Below, piece after piece: positions 26,609-32,000 of a stretch of 32,000 nt of DNA. The notes beneath the pieces are model-generated. The model ran no database searches. It was not told the origin of the DNA and saw nothing but the letters and a program-made list of their open reading frames with translations. The DNA is from an archaeon (GTDB taxonomy: Archaea > Iainarchaeota > Iainarchaeia > Iainarchaeales > CSSED10-239): contig JBAWVI010000001.1 in NCBI GenBank assembly GCA_037147375.1, forward strand, positions 10,678 through 42,677, given 5' to 3'. Position numbers and translations under genes: made by a program. Each line of letters starts with the position of its first letter. Position 1 is the first letter of the stretch.

Positions 26609-27256
26609 ATGGTTATGAAGAAAAAAAACTTAGTTGATGATGAAAAAGATATAGCTCGTATATCTCCAAAGAAATTAGTGCATAGATTTTATAATAAAGT
26701 TAATGTTAGGACGGCTGCATTAATTATTTTAATCTCAGTTTTACTTGAAACACTAATCATGGCAATTGTTGGTGTTAAAAAAATAGGTATTTATTTTCTA
26801 ATAACTATAGCAAACGCATTCATTGTTTGGTGGTTATTTATTGGAATTGTTTTATTTTTAGTAATGTACTTTATTAGAGGAAGCTATAAGGTTAAACCAT
26901 ATGATTTCAATCGTGTTCTTTCTGGTCTTGCTTCATTTAAAATAATAACAATCATTTCAACTTTAGTTGCAACAATAATTACTTTAATCTTTATACCAAA
27001 TTTAATTCCTTACATTAGATTAGTGTTTGCTAATCCAGCACTTGCATACAGTGCAACTGCTCTTCCAGTAATTGGATTGTGGGGTATGATAGGTGTAGTA
27101 TTATTAATAATTCTTGCTATTTGGGTTGTAGTTTATTATATAGCTATGTTCTATAACTTAATGGGAGAGATGTTTGAAACACAAAGTGCAGGATTTAAGA
27201 TATTAATGCTTATAATCTTTATAGTAGTTGCATTCCTTCTACTATTGCTTTTTTAA
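26609..27256 (+). CDS. hypothetical polytopic membrane protein (about 5 TM helices)
   Basis: 215 aa with five long hydrophobic segments after a charged N-terminal region of about 35 aa. The topology resembles Yip1/DUF-type membrane proteins, but I recognised no diagnostic motif. Confidence 0.55.
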   Translation: MVMKKKNLVDDEKDIARISPKKLVHRFYNKVNVRTAALIILISVLLETLIMAIVGVKKIGIYFLITIANAFIVWWLFIGIVLFLVMYFIRGSYKVKPYDFNRVLSGLASFKIITIISTLVATIITLIFIPNLIPYIRLVFANPALAYSATALPVIGLWGMIGVVLLIILAIWVVVYYIAMFYNLMGEMFETQSAGFKILMLIIFIVVAFLLLLLF

Positions 27257-27299
27257 TTTTTCACTTCTTTTTTAAAATCTTACTCTTCTATATATATCT

Positions 27300-29732
27300 A
27301 TGACAATTTATAATATTTCATCTAAGATAGGTGTTCTAATTGATGCCTATTATAAGAATGGAATAAAATTAGTTGTAAGGGACACAGAAACAAATGAAAA
27401 GAATGATTATTCATTTGATTTCTTACCTTATTTTTATCTTAAATCAAATAAAGAGCTTGATGTTTCTGAAGTTGATTATTTACAACAAAATCTTAAAGGA
27501 ATTAGTGAAATAATTAAGACAGAAAAAGAAAATTCACAAAATATCTACAAGCTCTTGTTTATAGATATTGAGTCTCTTCTTTCTTCAAGAGAACACTTGC
27601 AAAAGAATGATATTAATCTTTCTTTCTCATTTATACTTTATGAATATGATATTCCTTTTATCCAAAGGTTCTTTGTGGATTATAATTTATCAACTTTTAA
27701 AAAGATTAAATATAATCTTGATGAAGATAATTATAAAATAGTTTCTTTTGAAGTTCTTGAAGACTATCTTCCTGAAAATCTTTCATATGTTACTATTGAT
27801 CTTGAAGTTCTTCCTCCACAAAATGGAACCTTCCCAGTTCCGGAAAATGATTCAATCATCTCAATCTCTGTTATTGGAAACAAAATTGGAAAGAATATTT
27901 TCTTTTTAGGAAATGGAGAACTAAAAGATAAGTTAGAAATAGAAGGAATAAACATAAGTTATTTTACAAATGAAATTAAAATGATGGATGCGCTCATCTC
28001 TTTTCTTAAGGAAAAAGATCCGGACATCTTGTGGACATATAATGGAGATGGATTTGATTTAGATTACCTAGTTAAAAGATATAAGCACACAAAATCAGAA
28101 GAATTTAAGTTTGGAGAAAGAGATATTGTTTTCCATAAGTCAAGAAGCAAGGTAACATCTATATCCGGAACAGTTCATCTTGATGTTTATGTTTTAATAA
28201 AATTATTAAACTATTTACAAGTTTTTAATTATTCTAAATTTGATTTAAATACAATATATACACAGATAACTGGAAAACCAAAGCTTAAGCTTCCTCCAAA
28301 GGAAATGATTGAAGCTTATGAATCTCGTGATTATAAAAAGATAATAACATATAACCAGGATGATACAATTGCAACAGAAGAACTTGGATTATCTTATTAC
28401 GCTCTTGTTTATGAAGTCTCAAAATTAATTTATGTTCCTGTGTTTGATGTTTTAAGATCATCAGCAGGAGCTCTTGTTGAAAAATGGTTTATTAGTTATT
28501 ACACACAGAAGAACTTATTGATTCCAAACAAACCAAACGAAGATGAAATTTCAGAAAGGATGAGACACACCTTTGAAGGTGCATTTGTTCAACCTCCTTT
28601 ATCTGGTCTTCATAAGAATATTGCAGTTGTGGATTTTAGAAGTTATCATATTTCATTAATAATCACATATAATATAAGTCCAGAAACAATTGATATTTCA
28701 TTTTCAGATGATAAGGAAAAAACAGAAATTCTTGGACACTCCATATCTCCTTTTCCTCCTGGCTTTGTTCCTACTCTTTTATCAAGTCTTTTAACTTTAA
28801 GAATCGGTGTTAAAGATAAGATGAAAAAGCTAACAAAGGGAACTCACGAATACAAGAGATTATATGCTCAACAATATGCACTTAAGATTCTCCTTGCTTC
28901 AACCTACGGGTACATGGGTTTTTCAGGAGCAAGATGGTATTGTAAGAATTGTTTAACAATCATGTATCACCTTGTAAGAACAAAGATACAAGAAACAATA
29001 AAAGTTTTTGAAGATAAAGGTTATGTTGTTGTATATGGAGACACAGATTCTGTATTTATTAAATACATTGATGAAGATAAATTAAAACGTGACTTACAAG
29101 AAATAAATGATCTCCTTCCAAAATCAATGGCCTTAGAGCTTGAAGATTTATTTAAAACTGGAATATTTGTACTTGCAAGATCAGAAAAAAAAGCAGCAAA
29201 GAAAAAATATGCTCTTCTTGATTTTAAAGGAAATCTAAAGATTAAGGGTTTTGAATTTGTTAGAAGAGACTGGTGTTTTTTAGTTAGAGAAACACAAAAA
29301 GCAGTTCTTTCAATGGTTCTTGAAGACGAAAATCCTAAGAAAGCAATTTCTTTTGTTAAAGAAGTTCTTCTTGAATTACAAGAAAGGAAGATTCCAAACA
29401 AAAAATTAATTATTCAATCTTTTGTTCATAAAAAGCTTGGAAGTTATAAGACTCTTAATCCAGCAATGTCTGCTCTTCTTGATGCAAAAAAGGTTGGAAG
29501 GCAAATAACAGCAGGTGAAGTTATTGAATTCATAATCACAAACAAGCAAGGTAAAACAATTTCTGAAAAATCAAAATTTGCAGAATTTGTGCAGGAAGGA
29601 GATTATGATATTGATTATTATATAAATAATCAATTAATTCCTGCAATCTATCCAATTCTTGAGGTGTTTGGAGTTACAAGTGATGAGCTTCTAACTGGAA
29701 AGAAACAAAAAGGACTTGGAGATTTCTTTTAG
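27300..29732 (+). CDS. polB: family-B DNA polymerase (PolB), with proofreading motifs present
   Basis: Exo I is TIDLEV, Exo II is YNGDGFDLDYL and Exo III is YNQDDTIATEEL. Motif A is VDFRSYHISLIITYNISPET, motif B is KILLASTYGYMG and motif C is VVYGDTDSVFI. The C-terminal PIP box is QKGLGDFF. 810 aa, with no intein-sized insertion. Confidence 0.92.
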   Translation: MTIYNISSKIGVLIDAYYKNGIKLVVRDTETNEKNDYSFDFLPYFYLKSNKELDVSEVDYLQQNLKGISEIIKTEKENSQNIYKLLFIDIESLLSSREHLQKNDINLSFSFILYEYDIPFIQRFFVDYNLSTFKKIKYNLDEDNYKIVSFEVLEDYLPENLSYVTIDLEVLPPQNGTFPVPENDSIISISVIGNKIGKNIFFLGNGELKDKLEIEGINISYFTNEIKMMDALISFLKEKDPDILWTYNGDGFDLDYLVKRYKHTKSEEFKFGERDIVFHKSRSKVTSISGTVHLDVYVLIKLLNYLQVFNYSKFDLNTIYTQITGKPKLKLPPKEMIEAYESRDYKKIITYNQDDTIATEELGLSYYALVYEVSKLIYVPVFDVLRSSAGALVEKWFISYYTQKNLLIPNKPNEDEISERMRHTFEGAFVQPPLSGLHKNIAVVDFRSYHISLIITYNISPETIDISFSDDKEKTEILGHSISPFPPGFVPTLLSSLLTLRIGVKDKMKKLTKGTHEYKRLYAQQYALKILLASTYGYMGFSGARWYCKNCLTIMYHLVRTKIQETIKVFEDKGYVVVYGDTDSVFIKYIDEDKLKRDLQEINDLLPKSMALELEDLFKTGIFVLARSEKKAAKKKYALLDFKGNLKIKGFEFVRRDWCFLVRETQKAVLSMVLEDENPKKAISFVKEVLLELQERKIPNKKLIIQSFVHKKLGSYKTLNPAMSALLDAKKVGRQITAGEVIEFIITNKQGKTISEKSKFAEFVQEGDYDIDYYINNQLIPAIYPILEVFGVTSDELLTGKKQKGLGDFF

Positions 29733-29737
29733 CTAAT

Positions 29738-30655
29738 TTATTGATTTCCAATAGTGTGCCTATTTATCCACAAGTAAAGAGATTCAGCTGAGAAAACTCC
29801 TTCTTCTGTAATAAATTTATCAATTAATTCATGTGGAACAATATCAAATGCTGGATTTTTAATATATAGGTTCTTTGGTCTCCCATCCATTGCATTCCAA
29901 ACCTCACTTGCTTCTCTTTCTTCAACTTTTTCAGTTAACATTAAAAGAGAATTAATTTCACAACAATGAGTTGTTGTTAAAACAATGTGTGGTGTAGAAT
30001 ACTTTGGACACACAGAAGAAATTAAGTTTGTTCCAACCTTATTCATTATGCTTCCATCAGGAAATACAACATCTGCTCCTGAAAAAAAATAATCCATTTC
30101 CTTAAGATAATGTGTAACGCTAGAGTCTACAATTAAGGTTGTTTTAATTCCATAATCAGAAAGATTCTTAGCAGTAATTCTTCCTTGATATCTAGGTCTT
30201 GTTTCTGTACAATAAACTTCAAATTTAAGTCCTCTATCATGTGCCATCTTAAACATGTATTCAACCATAGTTGAATGACAATGTGTTAAATATTTACCAC
30301 CATTAACAATCATGTTAGATGCAATTTCACAAACTCTTTTATTTCCAAGTTTAGTTTTTTCTTCATATAAATTTATTTCTTCTATAAGTTTTAAATGAGT
30401 TTCATCAAACTTATGTGTGTTTGCTTCCATTAAAATAAAGTTTAATGAACTTCTAAGCTTTGGTTCATTTGGTCTTTGTGAAACTAAATGATTTATGTTT
30501 TCAGTTAGTTCTTTAATGAACTCATCTCCAATAAGTTCATTCTTAATAATATACTCTTTAATTACATCAATTGCTGCAATCTCTATATTACTTGCACCTT
30601 GGATCTTAATTTCCTTAATATCCTTTGCAATTCTTAAAACATCTATATTTATCAT
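29738..30655 (-). CDS. e2b2: eIF-2B alpha/beta/delta-family protein, ribose-1,5-bisphosphate isomerase-like
   Basis: YLTHCHSTMV (catalytic Cys context), CTETRPRYQGR and FSGADVVFPDGSIMNKVGT are the family signature blocks. 305 aa. The choice between R15P isomerase and aIF-2B-like function is an inference. Confidence 0.7.
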   Translation of the reverse strand: MINIDVLRIAKDIKEIKIQGASNIEIAAIDVIKEYIIKNELIGDEFIKELTENINHLVSQRPNEPKLRSSLNFILMEANTHKFDETHLKLIEEINLYEEKTKLGNKRVCEIASNMIVNGGKYLTHCHSTMVEYMFKMAHDRGLKFEVYCTETRPRYQGRITAKNLSDYGIKTTLIVDSSVTHYLKEMDYFFSGADVVFPDGSIMNKVGTNLISSVCPKYSTPHIVLTTTHCCEINSLLMLTEKVEEREASEVWNAMDGRPKNLYIKNPAFDIVPHELIDKFITEEGVFSAESLYLWINRHTIGNQ

Positions 30656-30797
30656 ATATTTTCCCTCTCTTCCTTAAAGAAGAGGTGAGATATTATATTT
30701 ATAAAGGTTTCTTTACATATATTATATATACTTTTTTTATCTAAGAGTTAAATTTTATTTAGTTATCGCTAATGGTGAATTTGGAGTGTGAGATATT

Positions 30798-31913
30798 TTG
30801 ATTAATACAAATATGAGCAAGAAACAACAAACTGTTGAACAACCATCTCAAGTAATGAGTGCAGAAGATAAGGAACTTGAAGAATTCCTAAATGCATCTT
30901 TACCAAAGATATATGTTTTTGGTGTTGGTGGAAGTGGAAATAACACACTTATGAGAATGAACACAATAGGAGTTGAAGGTGCAACAACAATTGCACTAAA
31001 CACAGATGCACAAGCTTTAATTAAAGCAATTGCTGATAGAAAGATATTAATTGGTAAAAAAACAACTAAAGGTCTTGGAGCAGGATCAAATCCAGATGTT
31101 GGAGAAGCAGCTGCACAAGAATCAAAAGAAGAACTTAAAAAGATTATATCAGGTGCAGACATGGTGTTTGTAACTTGTGGACTTGGTGGTGGAACAGGAA
31201 CAGGTGCTGCTCCAGTTATTGCTGGTCTTGCAAAAGAAATAGGCGCATTAACAATTGGTGTTGCAACCTTACCATTTGCAGTTGAAGGTAAAAGAAGAAT
31301 TGAAAATGCATTATCAGGTCTTGAAAAACTAAGAAAAGAAGTAGATACATTAATATTAATTCCAAATGATAAAATTTTAGAAATAGCACCAGATTTACCA
31401 TTACAGATTGCTTTCCAAGAGGTTGATAAAATCTTAACTGAAGCAGTTAAAGGAATTGTTGAGTTAATTACAAAAGCAGGAATAATTAATCTTGATTTTG
31501 CGGATCTTAAAACTATTCTTTCAAAAGGCGGAATGGCAATGATTGGTGTTGGAGAATCATCAACTGAAAGAGCAAATGATCAAAGAGCAATGCAAGCTGT
31601 TGAAAATGCATTAACCTCTCCTTTGCTTGATATAGATATTTCAACATCCACAAGAGCACTTGTAAATGTTCTTGGTGGAAATGATTTAACACTTAAGGAA
31701 GCAGAATTAATTGTTGAAACTGTAGCTTCAAAAATTAATGAAGATGCACATATTATTTGGGGTGCAATGATTGATGATAATTTTAGTAGAAATACAGTAA
31801 GAGTTATGGTAGTAATTGCAGGAGCAACAATACCATACCTTGATGGAACAAATAATTATAATACAGAAAAAGAAAAAGAAGAAGATTTAGATTTTGGAGT
31901 AGATAGTATTTAA
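30798..31913 (+). CDS. ftsZ: cell division GTPase FtsZ
   Basis: GVGGSGNNTLMRM and the tubulin signature GLGGGTGTGAAPV are present, along with NTDAQAL and a C-terminal acidic tail. GGAGTG 10 nt upstream favours the TTG at 30798. ATG 30813 is an alternative start. Confidence 0.9.
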   Translation: MINTNMSKKQQTVEQPSQVMSAEDKELEEFLNASLPKIYVFGVGGSGNNTLMRMNTIGVEGATTIALNTDAQALIKAIADRKILIGKKTTKGLGAGSNPDVGEAAAQESKEELKKIISGADMVFVTCGLGGGTGTGAAPVIAGLAKEIGALTIGVATLPFAVEGKRRIENALSGLEKLRKEVDTLILIPNDKILEIAPDLPLQIAFQEVDKILTEAVKGIVELITKAGIINLDFADLKTILSKGGMAMIGVGESSTERANDQRAMQAVENALTSPLLDIDISTSTRALVNVLGGNDLTLKEAELIVETVASKINEDAHIIWGAMIDDNFSRNTVRVMVVIAGATIPYLDGTNNYNTEKEKEEDLDFGVDSI

Positions 31914-31952
31914 TTTAAGGAATTAACTTTCAAAGAACGGAGATGACTATAA

Positions 31953-32000
31953 ATGCCAATGAAAAGACAACCATTAAGAGGAAAAATAGTTAATGATACA
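31953..32000 (+). CDS. 5' end of an unidentified CDS running off the window
   Basis: ATG 31953 has GGAG 10 nt upstream. The frame is open to the window end (MPMKRQPLRGKIVNDT). It is too short to identify. Confidence 0.3.
   Translation, partial: MPMKRQPLRGKIVNDT

Noticed and set aside
27764-29401. Minus-strand ORFs 27764..27955 and 29021..29401
   Set aside because: Both are antisense within PolB, whose frame carries all Exo and Pol motifs.
11505-29732. Possibility of a replication origin, because RFC-L, PCNA and PolB lie in one window
   Set aside because: No orc1/cdc6 gene is present, and I saw no ORB or mini-ORB-type inverted repeats (no ccagtggaaa-like elements) in the AT-rich intergenic regions at 3992..4178, 12789..12930, 16916..17040, 26414..26608 or 30656..30797.
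30495-31401. ORFs 30495..30677(+), 30848..31162(-) and 31216..31401(-)
   Set aside because: They are antisense to the eIF-2B-family gene and to FtsZ respectively, and are shadow frames.
1-32000. CRISPR arrays, IS elements, rRNA or large structured RNAs (RNase P, SRP)
   Set aside because: I noticed no regularly spaced direct repeats. No intergenic gap exceeds about 200 bp, and every gap reads as AT-rich promoter or terminator sequence.

Overview
This is a visibly AT-rich, very gene-dense chromosomal segment with about 37 CDS and 1 tRNA in 32 kb. Most intergenic gaps are under 150 bp and several genes overlap by 1-23 nt. I assign it to an archaeon from motifs read directly in the translations: an HMf-type histone, aEF-1beta with its usual upstream Zn-ribbon partner, aIF5A, ABCE1/RLI, RFC large subunit, a single PCNA, a family-B DNA polymerase, membrane-inserted LonB, archaeal/eukaryal-type PheRS alpha and beta, MetRS, RNase Z, an eIF-2B-family (ribose-1,5-bisphosphate isomerase-like) protein and FtsZ. 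Low GC, short proteins and many lineage-specific hypothetical proteins fit a small-genome, DPANN-like archaeon, but that is inference only because no search was possible. Some genes carry GGAG/GGTGA-type Shine-Dalgarno sequences 8-11 nt upstream (560, 1655, 5703, 7365, 13855, histone). Others have an A/T box about 25 nt upstream of the ATG and look leaderless (7940, 12931, 17041). I saw no CRISPR array, IS element, integrase or rRNA. Six non-housekeeping items deserve a second look. (1) A tandem pair (560..2248) codes for a beta-strand-rich, barrel-like protein and a signal/anchor protein; the two are otherwise unrelated but end in the same KARNNLRPR tail, encoded by nearly identical DNA. (2) A translationally coupled four-gene cluster of type IV pilin-like proteins (7940..9705) has no assembly machinery in the window. 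(3) A PIN(DUF3368-like)/UPF0175-like toxin-antitoxin pair sits between RFC-L and PCNA. (4) A small basic ORF coupled to PCNA carries a PIP-like EKLLSDFF motif. (5) The PolB keeps its catalytic, exonuclease and C-terminal PIP motifs but has non-canonical residues at the steric-gate Tyr and the motif-B Asn. (6) Two hypothetical proteins may be distant paralogues. All family calls are motif recognition by eye and should be confirmed with profile searches.
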